DNA from: the human T2T-CHM13v2.0 reference genome, Homo sapiens
Assembly: GCF_009914755.1 (NCBI RefSeq)
Contig: NC_060943.1
Length of the DNA: 64,000 bases
Strand: one strand, 5' to 3'
Shown: piece by piece, positions 51,846-64,000 of the stretch
Position numbering within the stretch: the first letter of the stretch is position 1
Layout of the letters: every line of letters starts with the position of its first letter
Position numbers and translations under genes: made by a program
Notes under the pieces: model-generated
What the model was told of the DNA's origin: nothing
What the model saw: the letters and a program-made list of their open reading frames with translations, nothing else
Database searches by the model: none

Positions 51846-52282
51846 TAAACTAGGTATTGATGGAACATATCTCAAAATGATAAGAGCGATTTATGACAAA
51901 CCCACAGCCAAGTTGAAGTTGCTTATCAGCTTAAGGAGTTTTGGGGCTAAGATGATAGGCTTTTCTAAATATACAATCATGTCTTCTGCAAATAGAGACA
52001 ATTTGACTTCCTCTCTTCCCATTTGAATACCACTTATTTCTTTCTCTTGCCTGATTGCTCTGGCCAGAACATCCAATACTATGTTGACTAGGAGTGGTGA
52101 GAGAGGGCATCCTTGTCTTGTGCCGGTTTTCAAAGGTAATGCTTCCAGTTTTTGCCCATTCAGTGTGATACTGGCCCCTAAATCTGTCCCTGGAAGCTGC
52201 TGACAGATCACCATAGGGGGCAGAATGGGAGAGAGTGGGGCAAGGATAGGAGGGCCATCTGTTTCCTCCTTCCCACTCTCAC

Positions 52283-52343
52283 CTGTCTGGAAGCACAGCT
52301 CTCTGATCACCAGCAAGGCCAGCACAAGCAGTGCCCCCTTCAT
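52283..52343 (-). pseudogene. SCGB2B-family (Fel d 1 chain 2 / Abpbg-like) pseudogene, signal-peptide exon 1 only
   Basis: [20 protein letters not shown]+G then GTGAG donor (phase 1, 61 nt); compare recalled Fel d 1 chain 2 [16 protein letters not shown]; intron 1 runs into L1 at 52175. Confidence 0.85.
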
Positions 52344-52389
52344 CGTGTTGTCTACTGGAGTGTTCTGCTCAGGGCAGGGCTTCTGCTGC

Positions 52390-52395
52390 TTTATA
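52390..52395 (-). promoter_or_regulatory. TATA box of the SCGB2B-like pseudogene
   Basis: TATAAA on the minus strand ~47 nt upstream of the ATG. Confidence 0.7.
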
Positions 52396-52954
52396 AACAA
52401 ATGCCCGTGGGCTGGGACCTGGCACATGTGCTTTCCTCACCTGAGAAGTGGTGCCCACAGGAAGCCCCTCCCACTCTGTGGAAACAAAGGGCTAAAGATG
52501 TTGATCCAGCTGCTGTTGATTCTGCTGCTGGTGGCTTTGGAGAGAAGCAGTTGTACCTTGGCCAAGGAGCAACTGCAGCTGACCTTTCTAAGTGGCACCA
52601 TTCAGCCCCAAATGCTCTGTTGTCCCACCCCCAACTGTCACCTCTGCTTTCTGGCCACATTCTTCCCCCACCTTTCCTGGCTCCAAAAGTAGCACTCTCC
52701 CAAAATTAGGAGATAAAAACCACAGAAGGTCCAAGGACAGGTTTATGCCACTGTAGGTAGCCAAAATACCATGGAGAACCTTCTTTAGGAAAACAGTTTC
52801 TTGGCACAAACAAGATGAGATTGTCTATGAAAATTCTAGCAGAAGGAGGCCTGAGAAAGCTCCCAAGGATCAAATGTGGAACAATCTGAGCAATGAAATA
52901 AATCACATAGTATGGGATTATAACCCAGAGTATAAAATAGTATAAAATAACATA

Positions 52955-53312
52955 CGGTTGGCCCTTTGTATGCGTGGGTTTCACATCTGTAGGCTCCACA
53001 TCTGTTCATTCAACTGAGCATAGATTGAAAATACTTGGGGAGTAGGGGAGGGAATTCCACACAATTTCAAAAAGCAAAACTTGAATATATCCCATACCGA
53101 GCGCTATCTTGAATCCATGTGAAGGAAGTTGTATGTGGGCATTGCATTAGGAATTATAAGTAATCTAGGAATGACTTAAAAGTGTACTGGAGGATGTGTG
53201 CAGGTTACATGCAAATACTATGCCATTCTATATACGGAACTTGTACACCTGTGGATTTTAGTGTCCATGGGAGGTCCTGGAACCAATTCCCCATAAATCC
53301 AAAGGGACAACT
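52955..53312 (-). mobile_element. MER2 (TcMar-Tigger) fossil
   Basis: Reverse of 'gttgtccct..gggaattggttccaggacc...aaaatccac'; TIR-like ends. Confidence 0.7.
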
Positions 53313-53346
53313 ACATGTGAGTCTATACTGATAAAAATAAATGATT

Positions 53347-53618
53347 ATGTTCTCACTCATAAGTGGGAGCTAAGCTATGATGATGCAAAGGCATAAGAAT
53401 GATACAGTGGATACTGGAGACTCAGGGGAAAGGGTGGCAGGGAGGTGAGGGATAAAAGACTATACACTGGGTGCAGTGTACAATGCTTGGGTGATGGGTG
53501 CACCAAAATCTCAGAAATCACCACTAAGGAACTTATTCATGTAAACAAACACCACATGTTCCCCAAAAACCTATTGAAATAAAAAAAGAAACAAAAAAAA
53601 CAGGGAAGAAAAAAAATA
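53347..53618 (+). mobile_element. L1PB-type 3' end fragment
   Basis: L1PB 3' UTR text with A-tail and duplicated AAAATAAATGATT flanks. Confidence 0.75.
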
Positions 53619-53739
53619 CAAATAAATGATTGAACAAATAAATAAATGAGAAAGAAAAGACAGATATTCCTTACAGAATAATTCCAAATTATATATATAT
53701 AGATCCTCCCCTCCCTGCTACTGTTTTCCCCATTTCCTA

Positions 53740-54095
<356 letters not shown>

Positions 54096-54710
54096 TGAGT
54101 ATGTGCTGGATGTTTCCCAAGAAAATAGTAGGGAAAGGGAAAAACAGTAGAGAAAGCCAACACAGATGACACTAATCAAGTGATAAGTGATAACCAGTGC
54201 CTAGACATTGATGTCACAGGGTCCTGCACTTCCAGGGTGTGTTCCCTAAAATCCTAATCCCAATGTAAATATTATGAGAAAAAATGCCAAACTCAGCTTG
54301 GTGGGCATTTGACGATGTCCACCACCTCAACACTACCAAGGCCATAAAAAAGCAAGGCAGGACTAAGACAGTGTCACACACCAGAAGACATGATGAACAG
54401 CTGACAGCTGGAGCTCATTGCTTGGCACCTCTCAACCAAGAGCCCTTACCAGACATGAATCCTGTTTTGTACAAGGTTCTAATCAAGGCCAAAAACCTTG
54501 CATTCTACCTTTGACTCTGCAGCTTCAGCAAACCTTATTCTGTCACTACTGACTCAGAGAAAAGGTCAGCCAAGAACCTCTAGCCAAAAACTGCCTTATT
54601 CTGAACTGACAAAGTACTGAAAACTTTCACTTTATTTAACTAATACAAAGCAATTTAATAAGCAAATATACAGTAAGTATCTGTAAAAGTTCTTGTTCAT
54701 AGACTCCAGA

Positions 54711-55020
54711 GGCCAGGCACAGTGACTCATGCCTGATGAGTGTCTCTCCCAGCACTTTGGGAGGCTGAGGTGGGAGGATCGCTTGAGTCCAGAAGTTTGA
54801 GATGAGCCTGGGCAAGATGGGGAAACCCCATCTCTACAAAAACTAAAAATAAAAAAGTTAGCCAGGCTTGGTTGTGCACACCTGTGGTCCCTGCGACTTG
54901 GGAGGCTAAGATGGATGGCTTGAGCCTGAGAGGTTGAGGCTGCAGTGAGCTCTGATTGCACCACTGCAATCCAGCCTGAGCAACAGGAGACTCTGTCTTA
55001 AAAAAATAAGAAACCAAAAT
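54711..55020 (+). mobile_element. Alu (AluJ-like) carrying a small non-Alu insertion
   Basis: Alu consensus; ATAGACTCCAGA duplicated on both sides. Confidence 0.88.
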
Positions 55021-55243
55021 AAGTTTTAAAAATATGTAGTTTATAGACTCCAGAGGAATGGGGATGTCCCTTCAATTCATCTAACAGACATTTATAGAGC
55101 ATCTACTTTGTGTTGGTCCTGGTCTGAGCCCTGAGGATGTAGCAGCACATTGGAGCTCCTCATACATCTATGGGTAGGGGGAGATAATCAGCAAATGGAA
55201 AGACACAGGCCTTTTCCTGCCCCACTGTGAGACCTGGCACAGG

Positions 55244-55250
55244 TATAAAA
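55244..55250 (+). promoter_or_regulatory. TATA box of the SCGB1B-like pseudogene
   Basis: GGTATAAAAGGG, 46 nt upstream of a Kozak ATG (GGCACCATGA). Confidence 0.8.
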
Positions 55251-55289
55251 GGGCCTCAAATGGGGCCTGACGAACTTGCCACTGGCACC

Positions 55290-55687
55290 ATGAAGCTGGC
55301 TCCTACTTTCGGGCTGCTCTTCACTGCCGTGCTCCTGATCTCCAGGGCAAGTAGGTGCCAGGCTGTGAATGCCTGGGGATGTGGATGCTGGGGCTTTGAT
55401 GGCATCCAAGGGCAGTTTTGAGCATACATGGAGGGAAAGGGATGTGTAGGCTCTGATGAGTGTCTCTCAAGGGTCTGTCCACGTGTCATTGTGTTCCAGA
55501 TTGTGACATCTGCCCAGTTGTGACAAAGGATGTTGATCTCTTCCTGGTGGGAACCCCTGATGAATATGTTGATCATGTGGCACAATACTGAACATCCTCA
55601 TTAATATTGTCCAATGCTAGAAAGCTGAAGAACTGTATCAATGGCAAATTGGCAGACGAGGACAAGAGGCATGTGCTCAGTGGGCTG
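55290..55687 (+). pseudogene. SCGB1B-family (Fel d 1 chain 1 / Abpa-like) pseudogene, exons 1-2
   Basis: Exon 1 55290-55350 MKLAPTFGLLFTAVLLISRA+A, donor GTAGGT. Exon 2 55500-55687 (188 nt) NCDICPVVTKDVDLFLVGTPDEYVDHVAQY*TSSLILSNARKLKNCINGKLADEDKRHVLSGL, donor GTGAGT. Near-gapless match to recalled Fel d 1 chain 1; TGA at 55589-55591; exon 3 not found. Confidence 0.92.
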
Positions 55688-55789
55688 GTGAGTGCAGCTG
55701 TGTGTGCCTGCACCTTAGTCTGGGTGGAGGGTCTGCTGGTTCTAGGGCAGTGGGTGGGAGTGCTTATTCTCCTCCCACCAACTTACCAT

Positions 55790-56070
55790 TATGATATGTA
55801 ATTGAGACTACTGGAAATAGATTTACATGTGAGGTGTGTAGCAACAGTAAAATGTATTTTAATAAAAGGTTATAAGAGGCATAAAAATATAAATTCTTGC
55901 CTAGGGTTAAAGAATTGTTTTAAATTAGAAAATATGAAGTTAAAAGTTCAAACAAGTGGTAGAAAGTGTAAAAATAAATCTTGCAAAAATTCTATGTATG
56001 AATATATTGACTAAATTCAAAAGGGTATTATATGGTTTTTCTCTAAATTCAGCATTAAAATAAGAGCATG
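55790..56070 (+). mobile_element. AT-rich MER4-group ERV internal fragment
   Basis: Resembles MER4-int-type text; from recall only. Confidence 0.4.
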
Positions 56071-56379
56071 ACAAGGTACTCTCCCACCAAGGCCTTTCCC
56101 TGGGAATCTGGGAGGAAAAGGAACCTCGTGAATGAGGAGGTAGAGAGGAGGGAGCAGACACCAATGACGCAGGGAAGGGCCAGGAAGGGGGATTCAGCTA
56201 GCCCTTGAGCTTGTGGGCTGGCTCTGGCTGTTCAGCTCTGTAGGCTAGCCTGGGAACCTCCAGGACCTCCTGTGTCCATGGCACCACTCAACCTCAATTT
56301 TAGACCCTTGGCTCTGACCTCCTGGCCTACAGCCTCTCGAGCACATGAGACTCTCCAAACCATGAGCCCTGGGTCTTTC

Positions 56380-58100
56380 TAATACAGGATTTATTAAGAA
56401 ATTATTTTTAGGCAGCTAGAAAGGGTAAAAGTTCTCGGTGGAATTTTCCTTTAATAAAAAGCAGCCCCAAACCATTTCTTCTCCGACAGAAAGCAGCCTG
56501 ATATATATGAAAACTAGGAGCTTTCATATGTAAATGCCAGCAGCGGTACCTGGAAGCCAGGTACATTGAATATGGTGGTTCCTGCTCTCCTTTTCCTTGT
56601 CACCGTGTGTGTAGGAATCATGGTGACCCACCAGGTAGAACCACATTTGCATAATAAAAGAGTAGGGTGGGAAGGCCAGTCTTTTTGCAGGCTATGCAAA
56701 TGGAACGTCTAGTCAAACCAATCCCCTGGGCCCTATGTAAATCAATCACCACCTCCCTAAGCCTCTGCACAAAATCGATTGCATCCTGCTGCAAACTGGA
56801 GACCCTCTCTTGGGCGACCTGCTTTCTCAGCATGAGGAAGCCTTTTCTCTCTCTTCTTCTTCTTTGTCTATTAAACTTTCTGCTCCTAAACCCACTCCTC
56901 ATGTGTATTCGCGTCCTGAATTTTTTTCGACTGAGACAAAGAAACAGGGTATATACCCCAGTCAACCAAGCTGTTTCATCTGGCGGTTCTCATCCAGGAT
57001 CAGGATCAGAATGGAAGATAGAAACATCGGACTGGTGAGTATGGAGTGAGCCTCAAATCTGCCCTTTAATCTCAAGGCTGTCTTCAAACCAGTTTTTTTT
57101 TTTTTTCCACAGAGTTCCTAGCCATCACATGAGGCTGGGAGAAGTCCTAGGGCAACTGAGAATTTCTGTCCAGGGCACACCCTGGCATTATTCAAAGGCT
57201 TCGGGACTGAACCCAGCCTCCAACAGCCCATCCAAGTGTTGATCATGGATCTCCAGCTATCCTGTCACAAAATTTTCCTTTCTTTTCTATCTGCTGTCAC
57301 TATGTCTCCTATCCTCTGTGTGTGCAGTGTGCAGGAAATTTTACAGTTCAGGGAAACAGTTCTGTTAGGAAAGATCAGCAAACACCACGTGCAGCAACTC
57401 AACAAGCATCTCTATCCTGCCTCTGGCGAGCACATGTTATTTCTAAGCCAACAGCGCCACCTAGTGGAAATATAAATCCTCTTCATGTGGCAAATCGCCG
57501 GTGTTTTACAGTAATACTGCAGCTTCTCAATTCTTTCTTTTTGCACCGCTAGAAATCAGCCTCTAAGGTCTTTCTGTGAATGGGAAAGCTCCAACTTCAA
57601 CAATTAGGAGGAAAATGTCCTTCACAGCCAAATGTTAGCGCCCATACTGTGCCAACAGCAGGAAAAATCACCATTAGGTCCCTACGTTCATTTCTGTCTC
57701 CAATGAGAGCAGTACTTAATTAGTAAAGTGATTTTAAGTACAGAGGTTAAACAGAACCATTTTGCTAGGGGTAAATATTTTAGCACAGGCCATAATAGCA
57801 GGTAATTTAGCACATTGACTCTGTTAAAGAAGGCTTGCCCAAAGGGGACACAGTCTCTCCAGAGATCCATTTCTTCAGGAAGCCAGGCAGATCACACAGA
57901 TCGATAAGCTAAGGCAGTGTGGGTAAAGCATGGTTAATCCCATAACTTAGTTCATAAGGTTCCATGACTTGGAGGACCACGCCTACAACAATGGGCAGCA
58001 CAGTTAACACAATGCTGGGACACAGGAACCAAGGAGAGAAAACTGTTGGGGGGATGCTCCCACTGTCTTCCTCTCCACCCTAGGTCACAGTGAAAGGACA
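56380..58100 (+). mobile_element. ERV1 (MER4-group) LTR 56380-56978 plus PBS and 5' internal leader
   Basis: LTR ends '...ctgtttca', followed by a TGG-starting PBS-like sequence (56981) and splice donor GTGAGT (~57034). Confidence 0.65.
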
Positions 58101-58746
58101 CCTAGGGAGTAGAAACAGAGGGACAAAAGAACTACAGGGCAAACAAAAATGTTAACAAAATGGCAATAGTAAATGGTAGGAGACTTCCACATGTCACATT
58201 TAATAATAGACAGACCATCTAGACAGACAACGTATAACAGACTTAAACAAAATCATAGAACAAATGGATCTACCAGACACACACAGAACTTTCCTCCCAA
58301 CAGCGGAAGACATTCTCCTCAAGAATACACACTACAGTCTCCAGGATAGAAGACAAGTTAATTCGAAAACAAGTCTTAACAAATTTAAGATCAGAACCAT
58401 ATTCAGTGTCTTTTCTAGCCACAGTGGAATGAAACCAGAAATCAAAACTGGCAAGAAAACAGGGAAGTTTATATATATGTGGAAAAATTCAAAATTTCTT
58501 GACACAATTGCTGCACTTCTGATCAAATGGCTCTTGCAGATATTTATAGACTATTTCATCCAACAGCTGCAAAATATTATTTCTTTCCATAAGAACATTT
58601 AACAAAGAATGAGTATTTGATAGGAAAACAGGATGACTATAGTTAATAATCATTTAATTGTATATTTTAAAATAACTGAAAAAGTATAATCAGATTATTT
58701 GTAACACAAAGAATAAATCCTTCAGGTGACGGATACCCCATTGACT

Positions 58747-59037
58747 CTTTTTTTTCTTTTTTTTTTTTGACAGAGTCTAGCACTGTTGCCTGGGCTGGAG
58801 TGCAATGGTGCAATCTCGGCTCACTGCAACCTCCGCCTCCTGGGTTCAAATGATCTCCTGCCTCAGCCTCCCAAGTAGCTGGGATTAAAAATACAAAAAA
58901 TAAAAATTTTTGTATTTTTAGTAGAGACGGGGTTTCACTATGTTGGCCAGGCTGGTCTTGAACTCCTAACCTTGTGATCTGCCTGCATTGGCCTCCTGAA
59001 GTGCTGGGATTACAAGTGTGAGCCACCACACCCAGCC
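58747..59037 (-). mobile_element. Alu (AluS-like) with internal fold-back rearrangement
   Basis: Reverse Alu consensus; middle replaced by an inverted repeat. Confidence 0.88.
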
Positions 59038-61118
59038 TCCCGTTGACTCTTATGTGATTATTATACATCGTTTGCCTGCATGAAAATATCACATCAAGTA
59101 TCATTTCTGACCACAATGAAGTAACACTATAAATCAAATCAATAACAAGATAAATTTTCTAAAATGAACAAATATATACAAATGAGACAATGAGCAAATA
59201 AACAAATTAAGAAGCAAATTAAAAAAATTTTTGAAGCAAGTTAAAATAGAAATGCCACATACCAAAGCCTGTGTGATCCAGCAAACACAATATTAGCAAG
59301 AATTTTGATAATAAATATCTTCATCAAAAATGTAGAAAAAGTTCAAATAAAACCTGCACAACATAACAAAATCTATAGGGTACTGAAAAGGCAATAATAA
59401 CAAGGTAGTTTAGTAGTAACTACCTACATCAAAAAAAAGAGAGAAAGATTTCAAGTAAAACTTAATGCATTTCAAGGAACTAAAAGAGCAAATACAAACC
59501 AAACCCAAATTTAGCAGGAGGAAAGATATAATAAAGATCACAGCAGAAATAAATGAAATTGAGACTAAAAAATAGTATAGAAGATTAACAAATGAAGAGT
59601 TGGTTTTGTTAAAAGAAAAAAAATCATCAGACCATTAACTAGATTGTGAAAAAAGACCCAAGTAAATAAAACCAGAAATGAAATAGTAGACATCACAACT
59701 GATACCACGCAAAAACGAAGTATCATTAGAGATTGCTACCAGTAACTATAAGCTAACAAATTAGAAAACGTACCAGAAATGTGTAAATTATTAGACATAT
59801 AAAATTTACCAAGATTGAACCAAGAAGAAATAGAACTCCTGAATAGAGCAATTACAAGTAATGAGATTGAACCTGTAATAAAATGTCTCCATCAAAGAAA
59901 AAACCCAGGCTCCATTTTCTTCCAGAATTGTACAAAATATTTAAGAACTAATACCAATTCTTCAAAAAGTCCTCCAGAAAATTGAAGGGAATGAAATTCT
60001 TCCAAACTCATTCTACAAAACCAGCAATACCCTGATGGCAAAACCAGACAAGGACACACACACATACAGAAAACAACAACAACAACAACTATAGGCCAAT
60101 ATCCATCATCCTCAACAAAATTCTAGCAAACCAACCCCAACAGCACAGCAAAATGATCATTCCCCATGATCAAGTGGGAGTTCTCCCAGGAATGCAAGGA
60201 TGGTTCAAAATACACAAATCAATACATGTGACACATCACATCAACAGAAGGAAGAACAAGAACCATACAATCATGTAAATAGATGCAGAAAAAGCATCTG
60301 ATAAAATTCAACTGTGCTTCATTATAAAAACTCTTAACAAACTGGGTGTAAAAAGAACGTATGCCAATATAATAAATGAAATATATGGCAAACCCGCTGC
60401 CAACATCATAGTGAATAAGGAAATATTGAAACGTCATTCTCTAAAATCTGGAACAAGAAAAAAAAGTGGCCACTTTCACCAGTTTTATTCAACATAGTAC
60501 TGGAAGTCCTAGCCAGAGCAGTTAGGCAACAGAAAGAAATAAAGTGCATCCAGACTGGATAGGAGGATGTCCCAGTCTCTGCTTGCAGATGACATGGTCT
60601 TGTATATAGAAAAACCTAAAAGGACCAACAAAAACTCTTAGAACTGATAAAGAAATTCAGTAAAGGCACAGGATACAAAATCAACATATAAAAATCAGTA
60701 GCATTCGTACACATCAGCAACAAATTAGTAAAGGAAGAAATTGAGAAGGCAAACTCATGTAAAATAGCTACCAAAATAAGAATAAATTTAACGAAAGAGG
60801 TGAAAGACCTCTACCCAAAAAGCTATAAAACGCTGATGAAAGAAAGTGAAGAGGACATCAAAAGTGAAAAGGCATCCCATGTTCATGATTGGAACAATTA
60901 ATGTTGTGAAAATGAGCATATCACCAAAAGTGATCTGCAGATTCAATGCAATCCCTGTCAAAATATCAATGATATCTTCACAGAGGTAGAAAAAACAATC
61001 CTAAAATTGGTAAGAAACCACAAAAGACTCAGAATAACCAAAGCAATCCTCAGAAAAATGAACTAAGTTGGAGGCATAACACTTCTTGAAGTCAAAATAG
61101 ATTATATAGCTATGGTTA

Positions 61119-61322
<204 letters not shown>

Positions 61323-63264
61323 TCAATGGAACTAAATAGCACAGAAATAAGTTCACATATTTACCATCAACAGATTTTCAACAAAAGTGCCAAGAACATT
61401 TATTGGGGATTGGAGAGTCTTTTCAATAAGTGGTGCTGGGAAAACTGGATATTAATATGCCAAAAATATGAAACCAGACATCCATCTCTAATCATATTTT
61501 TCCTTAAATCAACTCAAAATAGCTTAAAGACTTATATGCAAGAGCTGAAACTATAAAACTACTAGAAGAAAATATGAATAAAAATTTTCAGGACATTGGT
61601 CTTGGCAAAGATTTTATGGAGAAAACCCAAAAGCACAGACAACAAAAGCAAAAATAGACAAATGGGATTACATTAAACTAAAAAGCTTCAGCACAGCAAA
61701 GGAAACAATCAATAGAGAGAAGAGATGACTTGCAGGATGGAAAAAAAAATATTTGCAAACTATTCATCTGACAAGGGATTCATATCCAGAATATATAAGG
61801 AACTCAAATAACTCAACATGGAAAAACACACAAATAATCTGATGTACAAATGGCAAATTAGCTGAAGAAATATCTCTCAAAAGATGGCATACAAATGGTC
61901 CAGGTATTTTTCCAGTGGTCAGCATCACCAATCATCAGGGAAATGCAAATCAAAACCACAATGAGATTCATCTTACCTCAGTGGGAATGGCTATTATCAA
62001 AATTGCAAAAGATAACAGATGCTAGTGAGGAAGCAAGGAAAAGGGAAACCTTGCGTACTGTTGGTGAGGATGTAAATTAGGATAGCCATTATGGAGAATG
62101 ATATGGAGATTTCTCAAAAAACTAAAAACAGAATTACCACATGGTCGAGCAATACAATTACTGAGTATACATCCAAAAAAAAGAAAGAAAATTAGTATAT
62201 CAAAGACATATCTGCACTCTTATATTTATTGAAGTACTATTCACAGCCAAGATTTGGAATCAATCTCAGTGTCCATCAACAAGTGAAAGGATGAAGAAAA
62301 TACAGTATATATATGCAATGAAATACTGTTTAGCCATTAAAAAATCACAAAGTTCTGTTATTTGCATCAACATGGATGAATTTGGAGCCATTGTGTTAAG
62401 TGAAATAAGCCAGGCACAGAAAGATAAATGCTGTATGTTCTCATTCATACACGGAAGCTAAAAAAGTTGAACTCATAGAAGGAGAGTGATTACTGATACA
62501 AAATGCAACTAACTAGATAGGAGGAATAAGTTCTAGGGTTCTATAGCACTATAGGATGAGTGTAATTAACAATGTATTGTTAAAGTACTGATAATTCTAG
62601 TAATGTTGTAGGATACGAAATACACATACAAAAATCAGAGACATTTCTATACACTGATAATGAACTATCCAAAAAGGAAAATAAGAAAACAATTACATTT
62701 GCAGTAACAACAAAAAGAATAAAATGCTTCAAAATAAACTTAGCCAAAGAGGTGAAATACTTGCACACTGAAGACTATAAGACATTGGTAAAGAAAATTA
62801 AAGAAGACATATATCAGATTCTATGAATCCCAATGGCATTTTTTATAGAAACAGGAAAATAATCTTAAAATGTTTATAGAATCGCAAAGAAGCCCAAAAA
62901 GTGAAAACAATCCTGAGTGAGAAGATGAAGCTGGAGGTATCAACCTAAAAAATGAGAGAAAACATTTGTAAACCATATATTTGATAAGGGGTTAATATCC
63001 AAACTATATAATTACCTGATACAACTCAACGCAAAAAATAATCCAATTAAAAATGGGCAAAGACCTGTGTAGGCATTTTTCCTAAAAATACATACAAATG
63101 GCCAATAGCTGCATGAAAAGATGTTCACCATCACGAATCATCAGGGAAATGCCAATCAAAACCACAAGATGCCATCTCACACACATTAGCACGGCTTCTA
63201 CCGAAAAGACAAGAAATTATAAGTGTTTGCAAAGATGTAAAGAAATTGAAACCCTTGTGCACTA

Positions 63265-63904
<640 letters not shown>

Positions 63905-64000
63905 GTGTTTTACAAAATATACAATGGAATACTATTCAGCCTTTTAAAAAAGAGGGAAATCCTGCTACTTTCAACAACATGGATGAACCTGGAGGACATT

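Noticed and set aside
51891-52427. 178-aa ORF fusing a secretoglobin signal peptide to L1 RT sequence
   Set aside because: Arises by reading through intron 1 into an inverted L1 fragment; no evidence of a real chimeric protein.
54733-54760. CTGATGAG resembling a hammerhead ribozyme core (also at 55453)
   Set aside because: No stem II followed by GAAA and no flanking helices.
56374-56412. Possible Abpa-like exon 3 at TACAG|GATTTATTAAGAAATTATTTTTAG (DLLRNYF*)
   Set aside because: Coincides with the LTR 5' end and lacks the conserved terminal Cys; at most a cryptic acceptor.

Overview
Primate (human or great-ape) genomic DNA, recognisable as the ZNF302 region (chr19q13.11 in human). The only intact protein-coding gene is ZNF302 (+ strand; CpG-island promoter ~21.8-22.7 kb; coding exons 23392-23400, 27364-27484, 27742-27825, 28823-29808; 399 aa; KRAB-A/B plus 7 C2H2 fingers). 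An in-frame TAG strands three further intact fingers in its 3' UTR. The window also holds three secretoglobin gene remnants that the ORF track hides because they are spliced. (i) A complete 3-exon uteroglobin-fold gene at 11295-11924 with few lesions, which I cannot match to a named human gene; this is the most interesting item. (ii-iii) A head-to-head pseudogene pair homologous to Fel d 1 chain 2/Abpbg (exon 1 only, 52343-52283, -) and Fel d 1 chain 1/Abpa (exons 1-2, 55290-55687, +). Most of the remainder is transposable elements: L1s (one full-length copy nested in an older L1 and carrying a 201-nt 3' transduction), LTR12C/LTR12, MER41 with an intact STAT GAS site, many Alus and DNA transposon fossils. 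Most ORF-track entries are L1/Alu/LTR-derived or spurious. Repeat subfamily names and homologue sequences come from recall, not from searches, and many repeat boundaries are approximate.
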